A stretch of DNA of 63,107 bases, the filler included, from Squatina squatina (lineage: Eukaryota): assembly GCA_031763465.1 (NCBI GenBank). It is 4 parts of 3 records of this genome, joined end to end, with 100 filler letters (N's around TTAATTAATTAA, not from the genome) between each part and the next. Parts side by side here need not be neighbours in the genome. Positions count along the whole stretch, not along the records: positions 31,916 to 50,288 come from JARFOE010000058.1; positions 50,389 to 63,107 come from JARFOE010000013.1; 2 more parts are not named here. One strand, given 5' to 3'. The notes below the pieces were generated by a model. The model had not been told where the DNA came from. It saw nothing but the letters and a program-made list of their open reading frames with translations, and did no database searches. Below are positions 38,120 to 51,538 of this stretch, in pieces (position 1 is the stretch's first letter; each line of letters starts with the position of its first letter). The translations under genes and the position numbers were made by a program.

Positions 38120-39000
38120 TTTTCTCTCAACAAACTATTCACTTCATCTTTAGTTTGTATCATCAGAGATAAATTCTTACTATTGTATTTACTCTTGTTG
38201 TTTGAAGTCTGCCTCAGTCTATCTGAGCAGATCAGTGATATCCATGAATGTTAGATTGTTGATCATTCACTTACATTGCCATCCACAGTCTCCACCATAA
38301 TTCTCTCCAAGTGCAGGATGAAGTAACAAAGTGAAAAAAACTGGTGGTGTGTGAACACAGCTTTGGTCTCAAACCAGCCTTTCACTATTTTGTGCACCAT
38401 CATTGCCGACGATGCTGATTCATAAAGGTGTTTTATCAAGGTCATTTTTCCCCGTGTTCCATATGATCTCAGCACTATTAACAAGTCATCATCTCCAGAC
38501 TAAATTGAAAGCTTTCATGTAACCTACAAAATTACTGTAGACTTCATGACCAATTTCCAGATGTTTCTCAGCAATAATTTTCAGGCAGAATATCTGTTTT
38601 GTGATACATTTCCAGCATGAAACCCAACCTTTTCAGGAAGATGCAGTTCTGGGGTATTCTCAGCAGGAAGCATAAGGTACTCTTGCCAGCATAAGTTATT
38701 GATGGAAAGGGCTGGTGCAATCTTTGATGATTTTACCCCCATGTTCAGACATTGACATTTGTGTAGCTTTCTGGCAGATACATTATATATTTGCGTGTCC
38801 TTTGCAGATTTAAACAGTTAGTAGGCTGTCTTATTCTAGTTTTTTGAATTTTATTGTGACATTTGCTCCTTTTCAGTTAGCACTTGGTGTACCTGATGGA
38901 GGTGATGTTATATAATTTCAACCCATCCATTACTCCTGGATCAAACTGCAAGCTTGTGTTGTAAATTCTGCAATGTTCTTACACAGCTGGTTTACATTTT
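38120..39000 (-). mobile_element. Heavily decayed RTE-clade LINE RT region
   Basis: Piecewise minus translation QIFCLKIIAEKHLE...NFVGYMKAFNLVWR...LIKHLYESASSA...WFETKAV...LERIM...INNL follows the RTE RT motif order, with many stops and frameshifts. Confidence 0.7.
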
Positions 39001-41842
39001 CCTTGTCTGTAAGTAGCTCTTTCCCCTTTTTTTTTCTTAATTAAGTTTTATTGAGGTTTTAGATTCACAGATAAGTACAACAAAGCAAACTCTTGAGTAG
39101 TTAAAGCAAGATCATACTTCCAGTAAATGTACCGTATTGCAAAACTGGGCCTCTTTCCAAAGCGTGGTGGACCACAACTTATGGCTGGTTGTCCACTGTG
39201 ACAACAATGACCACTTTCACCATTCAAGCTGGCTGTTGTAGGTTTCTCTTTGTGTCTGGAAACATTGAAGGCTCAGGAGGCTAATGCGTGAGTTTCAGTT
39301 ACTCCCACATACCACACAGCTGTGGCCAGGGGCTGGTTCTATTGGTGTGGTTGCATTTTTCCGAGAACATTATCTTTTACAGCTTGCACTTACTTATTCT
39401 TGAATTGTTTCAATCTCATGCTATGTGGTGTTTCACTTGTAGTTTTGGTCTGTGTGATTTCCAAGGAGTCAATGAATGTTTGCCTCATGATGTCCTTCTA
39501 ACCTATGTACTGTCCACCTTCATGATGCTTTTCTCCTTTTCAGTTGGGAGTGAAGCTTCATGTAGTCTGTCATTTAACAACCTGACAACATGACTTGTTT
39601 ATCACAATTAATGCTGAATTATTGTGGTTTCTATATTAGTAGCCTCTGGTCGAGCTAGGATTTCAGTGATAAATATTTTACCGTACTATTTGGTATGCTT
39701 ATGGTGCACAAATTTTATATTCACCATTTCTATAAATTTTTTAATATGGCTATTGTATGTCGTCCAGTTTTGCAGCCATAGAGGAGAGATGAGATGACAT
39801 GTACTTAGAAGACTTTCGGATTAATTTTAAGCTTAAAAGCAAGCTTATCGCCTATTTGATTTTTTAAAGAAGTCAGCCAAAGGTGTTGTCAGATTTCCTG
39901 ATGTGGGATGAGATCTCCTGGTTTGTTATCCCATGATTGAAAAGAATGCTCCTAAGATAGGTGGCTGGTGTTAGAAAGAAGAGAAACAATTTGCATTTAT
40001 GTAGTGTTTAAACAAGTCCTCAGGTCAGTNNNNNNNNNNNNNNNNNNNNNNNNNNNNNNNNNNNNNNNNNNNNNNNNNNNNNNNNNNNNNNNNNNNNNNN
40101 NNNNNNNNNNNNNNNNNNNNNNNNNNNNNATTTTAAACCTTGACTTTTTTGGTGAGCCGGTGGGGGGAACAGACTAACACATAATCTGTTTTGTGTTACG
40201 TCCCATCACCTTTTAATCACTACCTTTCAGTCTTTTCCACCGACCTTGCCTTCAGTCGTTGCAAAGCTTGAAATGGGCGAAACAAAATGTAGGAAAAGCC
40301 ACAAAATGTAGGAAAAGCCACTTGTTACAATAATGTTTGGATGGATACTAAGTGCCTGTAGAGTATTCCTGCAGTGAATAAAGGGAGAGCGAGGCAGGGG
40401 GATGGGGGGGTCCCTGTAAAATAACAAACTTCAGCACAATTTGCCACATGACATCATCTGCAGAACTGCCAACTGCTTGGCTTTGAAATTCTGCAACAAA
40501 AGGTTGCTTATTCACTTCAATTATTCTTAACAGATTCTAATCATGGGTCAGCTCGACAAAGGTAGAACTGCTTCAAGTTGAAAAGATAAGCAATACAGTG
40601 GTCATTGTTCAAGTTAAATCCTTGTGACTTTTCCAATGTTCTTTTTTTACATCATCCTCACGTAATGTTCAGTGTAAAAGTAGACAAAATAATGTACTTT
40701 AAATTACTGCCCATTGAAAGCTGCCAGATCACAAGTGAGTGCAATTAAAGGCTAATGCACCGTTGCCAGTCCCGTTCAGCTTCAAAGCTGTAAAATTCGT
40801 CATATGAATCTTGAAATTATTATTTCTTTTTCTAAAAATACAGCGGGTCCTGACAAATATCATAGTGAAGTCATCGTAAAAAAAAAAAAATTATAGGGGG
40901 AATGATTTCACTGTACCAGCTTGTTAAATCAGATATATCACCAATTTAATGAAATAGAGTATCTTACCATTGACTCCCCCCTCCCTAAATAAATCAATTA
41001 TTTGGGAATAATTGTTTGCATTAAATGTAAAGGAGTTATATTACATCCAGAGCCCACCTCAAAAATTGAGATACCTGAATGCAAATTTTCCAATGTTTAC
41101 TCCCAAGTCATTAGAAATGGGTGCAGAGCTCACCTGAAGTGTGCTATTTGAACACAATTATTGCCCTCATTGTCATAAATGTACGTAGCTGCAGGTACAG
41201 ATTTGGAGATGTCCTGGTAGGAANNNNNNNNNNTGAAATTATTTGTTCCTTTAAATCCAGTCACAATAGATCAGCCAGCTGAATTTGATACAAAATGTTT
41301 GATGTTTTAGTTATTTGTCAGCAAAGTTTGAGAGGGAATCCAAGCTATCTTCAAACAAACACAAACTGCATGATTTGCTCGGTTAAGTGCATGAAAGTTA
41401 GCTATTTCTGAATGCAGTTGACAATTATTCAAATCCAGGAAACTCTGGTAACTTTTTCGGCAATGTTTAAGGAGCTGTAGTTCTTTGAATTTTGGAGTCG
41501 GTTTGGAATTCTCAGCAGAATTGCTTCAGCCTACATCAACACCTGCAGTGGTTTTCAAAAAATACAACAAAAGCACACTGTGTATTTATTCCACAAAAGA
41601 AGAAATGAGCATTAGATTTTATTGTTTTCCTGGGGGTGGGGGTGGTGGGCAGGGAGCAAAATCCAGCTATCACCTTTTGCTTCATGAATCGCTCTGCAAA
41701 ATATTTTGGTAATGAATAATTATATTCTAAATGTTGGAAAATCCTGTATAGGGTCTGGCCAACACATGACCATGCTCATAAAATAGAGGCAGCCCAAGAA
41801 AAGGCAAGGGCCTGTCCTTTGGCTGCAGGGTTAGAAGAATGG

Positions 41843-42845
41843 GGGCGGGATTTTAACCCCCGAAAATGGGTGGGTTGGAGGTAAAAGAGTTAAAAAAAAA
41901 AACTGCATCCTGATCCCAACCGGCTCACATCTGGTTTTAATGGGGGGCAGGGCGGGCATCCAATCCGCTCCCAGGAGGCAGATTGACCATTTAAGTATTA
42001 TCATGAGGATCCATGCTCATGGTGAGCTACCATTTCAAATTTAACTCTGGCTGGCCAGGTTTCCCAGGCCTTGGGGCACCTGACATCTAATGGAAGGCGA
42101 GGACTGCTGGATTTAGGAGGTAAGTGCCTGTACACTTACTTGTTGCATCCAGCATTCCTGCCTCTCCAAACCCCGTGATTGGACACCCACCCTCGACACT
42201 TCCGATCTCCCCTTGAGGACTCCGATCTGCTCCTAATCTGCCCCGATCCTCCCCCCTGAGGTCTCCACTCTCCAACCCCCCTACAGCCTTCGATCCTCTG
42301 CCCCCGATCCACCCCTCCGGCCTGACCTAGGGTGACCAGATTTTAAATATTCAAAAGCAAGACAATNNNNNNNNNNNNNNNNNNNNNNNNNNNNNNNNNN
42401 NNNNNNNNNNNNNNNNNNNNNNNNNNNNNNNNNNNNNNNNNNNNNNNNNNNNNNNNNNNNNNNNNNTGGACACAATGGACCAAATGGCCCCCTTCTGTGC
42501 TGTATCTTTTCTATGGGTTCAATGGTTATGATATCTCCTCAACTACTGCTGCAGGGCCGGCATGCCTGCCTGAGTCAGGGGGCAAGCACAAAATTGGAGT
42601 CCCATGACATACATAGGAAGGTGGTCCCCATTTTAAGATTCAACCGAGTGAACGAACCTTCTTCTGGGCCACCCGATATTGTAGCAGCTTAGAACCACTG
42701 GGCTGACCTGGGGCGGTCGTTTACTGCCTGCAGCCCACCGGCCTAGCTTACAAAATGGCTTCTCGCCAGCACTATCAGGTGACTGGCGCATTCTGCTGGT
42801 TGACTGGACACCCTACAACCACACAACGGGGCAATCTATCCCGCG
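41843..42845. mobile_element. GC-rich non-autonomous DNA transposon (Harbinger-like), gap inside
   Basis: Begins gggcgggatttt and ends aatctatcccgc (imperfect inverted termini). Internal C-rich ccgatc repeats. Confidence 0.45.
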
Positions 42846-44254
42846 GTGTTGACCAGACACGTCAGCTTGAGACAATGGAGGTTGTTGAAATCACTCCAGT
42901 GTATGCCCGTGTTAGCATTGCTCCCTTTTCACTCGGCAGATAAGGGGCTTGGCTGAACAGGCCATGTGGGTGTTGTGGGTGGGGAAGTTTCTGATCCAAG
43001 GTGGCAGGTTTGCTCGGTCAATTCCTGGCTTTGGTGTAAAGCATCTGAGTGACTAAAGCCACATACTAGAAGTCGTGAAAGAAATTTTATTCAAGGCTGA
43101 TCCATTCTGAGTGAAATGTCCTATTCTAAGTAATGAGAAGCACACAAACACCTATCCAATACAAATGGGAAACTGTAAAATGATACCTTAATTCTAAACA
43201 TGACCCTGATCAATGCAACTGAAACCTGAATCTATATCTGAAAAAACTGCAAACAAATTGAGACAGCAGTCAAAATCTCAATGGAAGCAAACACGGAATT
43301 TCTCATAAAAGCGGGTAGATCTACTATTCACTGACCAAGAATGGCTCCTCCGGTATCAAAACACACAACGAACGAAAAATGAATGGAGTGATTGATCTTT
43401 ACTTCTTGCTTGTCTACACTATGTAATATACATGACATGGTTGAGGGGGTGGATCATAAAGTATGAGTACAGTAGTCAGTTTTCATATTCATAATGCTTT
43501 TTTATTAGCCTGAAAATGCTCTCAGACTAAAATCTGCTACTTCTACCATCATTCAGAAATTCAAAAGAAAGGAAGCCTGCTTGGTAACAGATATGCCCGC
43601 GATGCACAATGCTCTAAAGAGAAGCTTGAGCAGATCTATCGGTGCCAGAAAGGGGCTGTGTGTTTATTATCTCTAGATGGACTGGAAAGCTTTNNNNNNN
43701 NNNNNNNNNNNNNNNNNNNNNNNNNNNNNNNNNNNNNNNNNNNNNNNNNNNNNNNNNNNNNNNNNNNNNNNNNNNNNNNNNNNNNNNNNNNNNTTAATGA
43801 ATTAACAGATATGTAATTTGAGATTTGTTTAGCATAGATTTTGAAGGTGTGTCATTTTGAACATGAAGGTAGGCTGCCTTGTGAAATGGTGAGGTTCTCA
43901 CAGAAGTATTTCCACAGATGGATGGTCTAATTGCGCATTCACAGCTGCAGGATTATTTGTAATTTGAGCATTAAGCACTCCAGCCCTTATCATGAACAGC
44001 AAGTTTTTGGTTTCATGTCTGCATCAGATTTAGCAACAAAGATTAGCTCTTCTTGGTCATCTTTATTAATCATTCCCTGCTTGAACCCTGTAAAAACAAA
44101 TACCTAATAGGCAGCAAAAGTGGCATGCAAATAAATTTTCATTCAACTGTTGAGCGCGGTCATGGAAATTGTTGTTATAAACATTTGAATCCTAACGAAG
44201 CACTGGAAGACATTGGAGCCTCATGGTAATGCCAGCAGAAAGAATAATTCCTTC

Positions 44255-44332
44255 ATAAGAAATAGGAACAGGAGTAGGCCCTTGAGCCTGCTCCGCCATT
44301 CAATATGATCATGGCTGATCTTCGACCTCAAC
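44255..44332 (-). mobile_element. CR1-clade LINE 3' end
   Basis: cataagaaataggaacaggagtaggcccttgagcctgctccgccattcaatatgatcatggctgatc. Confidence 0.75.
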
Positions 44333-45272
44333 NNNNNNNNNNNNNNNNNNNNNNNNNNNNNNNNNNNNNNNNNNNNNNNNNNNNNNNNNNNNNNNNNNNN
44401 NNNNNNNNNNNNNNNNNNNNNNNNNNNNNNNNTAACCCAGAAGCATAAAGGATCCTCTGTTCCCCATCTGAGTCATGTTGGGCAAGGAACCATCAAACAG
44501 AACTGTGGTGTCTTCCAAGAGGGGAGGAAAATCAAAGGGGCGAGTCCTACCTGTCACCTCCTGGTACCTGGCTACAGTGGCGTTGGCAGCAGTCTGAAAG
44601 CAGGGCATGCAATTACCCTCCATGACTGGTTTCCAGCCAGGCCAATAGAGATAAAAATATTAAAAGGGGAGGTACTTATGGACAATATTCCCATAAAAAT
44701 ACTGGGAAATATAACTGTCACAAGCAACAGTCAAGGGTACCAAATGCCTTATTCAAAGTTATTAATCCCACCCCTTCTTTGATGAGGTTGCCTATAATAA
44801 AGTCTACCTGGTGTGCCTGGTGTCACTTAACACTCGTTGATAAAGAAGCTCAGCACGGAACGGAAATCATCTGTTTCTGATTAATAGGCTGCCATACCAC
44901 CCAACTTATTAGTACACTATTTAAGTGTTTCCATATAGTGGATTTAAATTGAAAATTTTATCAATGTGTAGACTCTGTTTCGTGGGTTGTATACCGTGGG
45001 GGAGATTTTCTTTATGTGCTATTCACAATGAAATGGCAAACACCTTCACTATAAATGCAGCTTCCACTACATGTAGTCCACAGGCAAAACCTTCTCCAGT
45101 AAATCTAAGAATATTATAATTTTTACAGTTTAAAAGGAAATGGCACGTTTCTTCAAGGAGCTAGTAGGGAAGCTAATGCCTGGTGTCAAATCAGAACAAA
45201 TATTTGCTGTAATCTGCTTTGTTGGGGCGGATACACAAGGGTTTAGTAGATTTAGGATGAGCAAAATTGATT

Positions 45273-45957
45273 GAGGCCCCAGTTGGTGTGGTTTCCGGGC
45301 GTGAAATCAGCGTAGAGTCAAAAATCAACAAAATGTTGCCTTGGGCCTGGCGCCCTGGCGTCATATAGGCCCCACCGCCAGGGACGCAGTTGGCGCCAGC
45401 GTCGGACACGCATCATATCGCACACCGACCGCTCTGCGCCCACCCGCAAACCCCACCCACCGTGACGCCACTGGCATTGGTAACGGCAGGTTACCCCTGT
45501 CGCTGCCAAGGGCCCTTAAAGGGACGTGTCCTGTGCTGGTAGCCGCCATCTTAAAACATCAGCCACAGCCGATCGACCCAGAAGAAACCACCCATCCTTC
45601 CACCCCACCCACCCGCCGGCACGCTCTCTGGCATGCCAGCACTTTCTTAGCTGCTTTCCTCAGTCCCTGGTGGTCCAGTGGGCCCTGGATCCCGTTTGGG
45701 AGCACAAGCCTGCGGCACTTGCTGTTAAGGCAGCGGGGGCGGGGCCACATCTCGCGCATGCACAGTTGCACCAGCAGTGTGGCTAACTGGCCAGGTCACC
45801 GCCGTGGCAGCACTGATTCAGCCTTGCCACGATACGTTGACAGAACAGTGACTATGTCACCAAGGCCGCATCAGTGAGTCGCTGGGGAAGCGGTGCAGTT
45901 TGAGCGATGGGACTCCGAATGCTGCGGCCGGTTTTGGCACAACCGAATCGGGGCCTG
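45273..45957. mobile_element. GC-rich DNA transposon fragment (probable Harbinger-type)
   Basis: CpG-rich island bounded by aggccccagttgg and ccgaatcggggcct (imperfect inverted termini) in an AT-rich background. Confidence 0.5.
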
Positions 45958-48378
45958 TTATACTTGATTGTGACAGTACTTTACATAAATTGTACTGGAT
46001 TATCATTCTTCCAGCAAGGAAATGTTAATTGACTTGGACTAGATAGCAGAGTACACTATTAGGTCATTTTAATTAGGCAATTTTAATTAGGCAGATTTTA
46101 CTAAATGAGCCAAAGTGAATTTAATCTAGGTGAGAAAAAAGATCCCGTTNNNNNNNNNNNNNNNNNNNNNNNNNNNNNNNNNNNNNNNNNNNNNNNNNNN
46201 NNNNNNNNNNNNNNNNNNNNNNNNNNNNNNNNNNNNNNNNNNNNNNNNNCGACTTCATTATAACTCTGAGTTGGCAGGTGATATTACTTTAATAACAGCT
46301 AAAGAAAGTGGCTATTTATGGATGTTTTCCACCATGATCGCACCAACAATGGTGAGTTTAGGACAATATGCTGCCAGAAACCCCCCAGGAAAAGTGGTGT
46401 TTGTACATGTATAGCACACAACTCTTTTATAATTGGAAAGACAAATCACCTGATTCCAAATTGGGCCTAAAGTCAGCTTGATTTTCATTAATAAATCCAA
46501 GATGCTTCAGTTTGGTCTTATTCAGATTTTGCATTTTTACTTTGGACCCACTGGGTATTCTTGAAAAGGTTACCTTGGAGTATTGTTCAATTTTCCACCA
46601 CTGTCCTCCCACACATTGATAAATTGACATGAATAATAGATTTACTAACAATATTAAATTATAAATTAATTGATTGCCATTGCACAGCCCAATCTGTGCA
46701 GTGTACAAGTACATACCTGAAAGACCTCACTATTCCAGTCAGGAAATGCTGTGGGCTGCTGGCATTAGGTATAAACTGCCAGCTGTATCCAAGCGTAGCT
46801 TCAGTCAGGTTACCACCAAGCTCTGCATTGTCCCACACCTCAAACAGAAGACCCCGGTTTCCTGTAATAAAACCAAACTTTACAGTAGGACGCATGTATG
46901 TGTTGTAACTGAGAACAATTGCAATAAAAAAGTGCTCTTTCAATAGAATGCTTTAAAACCATGGAAACATGTTTATAGGGCACAGCAGCTTTGATTTTCT
47001 TAAAGTGTGCCCTCAGAAGAGAGGAGTGAACATTTTAAAATCCCAGGAATTCAGCTCACCCACAACTTTAGGTTTGAATACCCTTGTCATCGGGAATTCT
47101 TGGCCTGCAAGACAAATTCTTGCAGGTAATCAGCAGCCAGTTCAGGGGTGTGAAAGATAACTAGACATGAAAGTCTGCCTCGGTTCTTTGTATTAATTAT
47201 GTTTTGGAGAATTTCAAAGGTGCAGTTTTCATCTTTCTTGAAGCTGCCTGAAAAATTAATTACTGTTTTTCAAACAAACCTCCAACATACCTGACTGCTT
47301 GCCACCATATTTAATAGTGTTATACTGCATTTATATTGCCCAATGACTCTCCAAGTAATGCAAGTAATCCTGCATTACTATCTGCAGCTATTGTTCCTAT
47401 AGAAACGGCCTCATTTATATTGCGGTTCTACAGCAGCTTGATCCGCACAGTATTCAAGACAGTTTTGTTGGCCTGCATGGGTTGGACGGGATCAGTTGCT
47501 CTGCCTGCTGTCAGCAATCTTTTGTTTTCATTTGTTCTGGGATCTGGACATTACTGATAAGGCCAGCAGCATTTATNNNNNNNNNNNNNNNNNNNNNNNN
47601 NNNNNNNNNNNNNNNNNNNNNNNNNNNNNNNNNNNNNNNNNNNNNNNNNNNNNNNNNNNNNNNNNNNNNNNNNNNNTCAAAGAGTTAAATAAAGTCTTCT
47701 TAATAGTGGTTTCAAATCAACAGAGTTTAATGGAGCAACAGCTGTGTTCATTTCATTTTAAATTTACAAAACACTTGCATCTAATCCCATGAGTCAACAT
47801 GTAATAATATTAGACATTTGTTGTGGAAGGGCCTGTATATTGGGTTAACATATGATTTGTACAGAATATGACCTCTTGTTTACCTGAAAGTAATGGTTTT
47901 TGAAAGGTGTTTACCAGGGTTCACAGGTATCCTTGTTCTTAGAGACAGTTCAATCCCCTTGTTTGAGTCCCTGTTCCTGAACTTGATTTTTACTCTCTTT
48001 GTCTTTCTTGGTTTGTGAGCTGAGGCTTTGCGTCCAACTGGTGTAGGATTGTGCATCGGTTCCTAATAATCCTGCATTATCAAATTCTTTCGAATCCTAA
48101 TATTTCACCATCGAATATTTTCTATTTAAAAGAACATTCCATTATAAATGGGTCCCAGACCCTAAAACTGCTCTCGTAGCAATTTGGAACCAAGTCTGGA
48201 GCACAACTCAGCAAAGTCGTTTCTATCGCATCTGCATTTCTAAAATAAAATTAAAGTTTAAAAAAAGAACCCTCGTACNNNNNNNNNNNNNNNNNNNNNN
48301 NNNNNNNNNNNNNNNNNNNNNNNNNNNNNNNNNNNNNNNNNNNNNNNNNNNNNNNNNNNNNNNNNNNNNNNNNNNNNN

Positions 48379-48612
48379 CCGCCCGAGCTTCTCCCGCGGG
48401 AGCACATAGAGGCCAAGTGCTGGCAGCGGAAGGAGCGTGCAAAAATCCGAGCATCCCACCCACTCACTCCATCAAACACCACCTGCCCCACCTGTGGTAG
48501 AGTTTGTGGATCCCGGATAGGACTATTTAGTCACCTCAGAGCCCACAACTCAGGAGTGGAACCAAGTCATCCTCGACCTCGAGGGACTGCCTAAGAAGAG
48601 GAGAAGAAGAAG
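48379..48612 (+). mobile_element. RTE-clade LINE 3' end
   Basis: C-terminal zinc-knuckle CPTCGRVCGSRIGLFSHLRAH, a short UTR (gtcatcctcgacctcgagggactgcct) and an (AAG)n-type tail. Confidence 0.85.
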
Positions 48613-48709
48613 ATTGGTCCCTGCAGAGGGATGTAGACTGGTACCAAGGTAGAATGGAGACAAAAAGTGATTCGAGAACAGTTCTATACATGGACCAAAA
48701 GAACAGTGT

Positions 48710-48995
48710 GACAAGAAGTGCGGGACATCGAGGAAGGAGAGTTGCTCATTCTACGTAGAGACAGTTGATGAAGCAGGTTCACCCAATCAGACTGGCATCT
48801 CCTCCAAGGCCAGGACCATCATAAATTCCATTCTGAAGGATATTTTTGAACACATTGGGGGTGAAGCTTCCTGGCTAGCCCGTTACAACAAATGACCGAT
48901 CATCATGTCCAGAGAGAGCCAGACTGGCATGCAGTGCTGCTGCCCAGGAAGCTGGCTGAGCACGTCCTGCCGAATGCAACTAAGGCTCCAAGTAA
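48710..48995 (+). pseudogene. Histone H2B pseudogene (5'-truncated, frameshifted)
   Basis: Piecewise translation RKESCSFYV / MKQVHP / [45 protein letters not shown] / LLPRKLAEH...TK..SK* is the H2B histone fold. It has frameshifts, an in-frame TGA and a deletion near the C-terminus. Confidence 0.92.
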
Positions 48996-50288
48996 AACAC
49001 CACACGGTCTTGAAAAGAAAACAACAGGGTGAATGGGGATAGCAGAGTGGCCTTTTCTGCTTTCAAATTTCTTATTTTCTATCTCCTGAGGTCATTTAAT
49101 GCAAACTACTCTAAGCTTTTCCAAAAATTAGTGCTTGTCTTGTAAGTAAACATAAACCGTAATTTCCTGTATCAATTAGTTCCTGCTTTAGGCCCTCCAT
49201 AGCTTAATACTGCGACCCTATGCCTAAGAATAACTTTTTATGCCCCCCGCCATCTAAATGCTTTTCATCATGCACTACAACTGAACTCCTCTTATTGAAC
49301 AAGCTGTCTCAACACTGAGTTGTTTGAAGAAACATTTTCTAGTCATTTATAATGTTAAGTGCCGATCTAGGCCAAAATGATCATTCAAATGGAAAATTTG
49401 GCTCGAGGGTGAGATCTATATTTAAATGAAGCATTGACATTGCCACTGTTTCTCAGCCTGATCCTTTGGACATTTATGTTGATGGAATTCTTGAAGCAAT
49501 TGCCATGTTGGTCTGGACACCCACTGGGTGTGCTATGTATAGAATAATAGAGACTTGCAGGGAATTACAAGGCAGTGTGACAGTCGTGTGGCTCCGAGGA
49601 TGCCAGAAACCACAAGAGTGATTTACAAAGTCCTCTAAACCACAAGATTGTCCTACAGGCTTTAACTTTCCTCTTTTTTCTTTGTTATTTTATGTAGTGT
49701 TTTATGTAATAACCTACAAATTATACCAATTCATTTTCTTCATGTTTTAACTGTTGTTGAAGCAGCACTTTGTCAGATTGTTATCCTTGCTACTCAAGTC
49801 TCAGATCATCTGATTCATATGAGGGGAAGCTGGGTGATAGAAGCAATTCAAATATGAAGTTGCGGGGTTGCTGAGCGACTTGTTCATTTAAAAAATTTGA
49901 GATGGGTCTCTCTCGCACTTTGGCACACACATTTCTGTCACACTTGAGAAAGGTACATAAGAAAAGATAAAAGCCAGAGAAAAAAACAGAAAGTCGATCA
50001 TTGCTATCTGCAGATAAACTTCCCCCAGCAACAGAAAATACCTCACTGGTGTATGAAGTCAGCATTTCTCCAAGAGCAATTAACCTCTAATTGACCTCAG
50101 GATATTGCAGCAATTAACCCTTAAAGGGACAGGCCCTTAGGCACAGAATAATATATTCTGGTGTATGATACAATATTTTGGTTCTTACAAAGTTGTTTAT
50201 CTTATGTTCTGTGAGTAAAGCTAGTATTTAAAATATATAACTGAGCAATTATCACCTCACAGGTAGTTCAACAGAAAAGGTGGAGAGA

Positions 50289-50388
50289 NNNNNNNNNNNN
50301 NNNNNNNNNNNNNNNNNNNNNNNNNNNNNNNNTTAATTAATTAANNNNNNNNNNNNNNNNNNNNNNNNNNNNNNNNNNNNNNNNNNNN
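50289..50388. other. Assembly spacer: 44 N + TTAATTAATTAA + 44 N
   Basis: Same artificial linker as 17684-17783. Confidence 0.95.
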
Positions 50389-51289
50389 TACTTAAAAGGC
50401 CAATCTCGGATGGCAGTGGGTTTTATTTTACCTTATTCTTAATGTTGAAGAGTGAGTATAGTGTAAATTTAATAAGGCTCCAGAACCAGTACTGATTTAC
50501 CTTGAGTGCCACAAATCATGAGTGCTGGCCTCCACCTTTGACTCGTCAAATCTCTGAACCCAACGAGTGAAGGTGATGGAGAGGCAAAAGGCACCTCACC
50601 AGTTGTTCTTGCTCAGGAATGATAGCAATACTGATTGCAAAGTAATACTGATTCCCTTATCGAAGAGGTACACAAGAGGAAGGCCAAAGAATAATGGGTA
50701 ATTAGCTTCAGAAAATGGGCTGGCAGCAGTATCATCAGTTCCCGCACACAGTTGGATTGCAGCTAACTGGGATGGAAAAGACAAATGGCTAACTCTAGTG
50801 GCAGAATTGGCAGGAGACTGATAAATAATCTTCGTGCAGTGTTGAGTGCCACTGTGCATGTTGTCCTGCTAATGGCTTCATCACTTGTTCTGTCGTCACA
50901 TGAATTAATGAAGCGAATATAATTGAAATACAATGGAGCAGTTTTAGTGTTACGGTAAAACCATGTTTGTATTTTGATTTCCTGGTGGACAGATATCAGG
51001 AGCTATTACAGTTTGGCATATAATACAGGGAATGACACGGATGAAATGCACTTCTTTGGCGTTAGTTTGATTTGCAAGCACAAAACTCGAGTTCAAACAG
51101 CTTATGAACATTAATTGAGTCCCAAAGTGGCTTATAGTTTTGAAAACAATCCCAGACATTTTTAATTATGCAGAATTGCACTTTTGACATCCAGTAATTT
51201 TTCATTTGATTTTGGAATTTGGATTATCCTTTGCTACTATCAAATCCTTTTTCTCAATTCTTCACATTTGCATCATACCTCCATGCCAA

Positions 51290-51538
51290 TCTTGGCTCAA
51301 TGGTTCAAGTCCCGCTCCAGACACTTGTTCACAAAATTTAGGCTGACATTCCAGCGCAGTGCAGAGGGAATGCTGCACAGTCAGATGTGCTGTCTTTCAG
51401 ATGAGTCATTAAACCATGGCTGCATCTGCTCTCTCAGCTGTCCGTAACTGATCTCAAAGCACTATTTTGAAGAAGAGCACAGGCATTCTCCCCAGTGTCC
51501 TGGCTAATACTTATCCCTCAATCAACATAACAAAAACA
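51290..51538 (+). mobile_element. Deu-domain SINE
   Basis: cttggctcaatggttcaagtccc head, then ggctgacattccagcgcagtgcagagggaatgctgcacagtcag...gatgagtcattaaacc. Confidence 0.7.

Noticed and set aside
40282-40319. Exact 19-bp tandem duplication (acaaaatgtaggaaaagcc x2); a similar 14-bp duplication at 46066-46093
   Set aside because: Ordinary local slippage duplications with no further structure.
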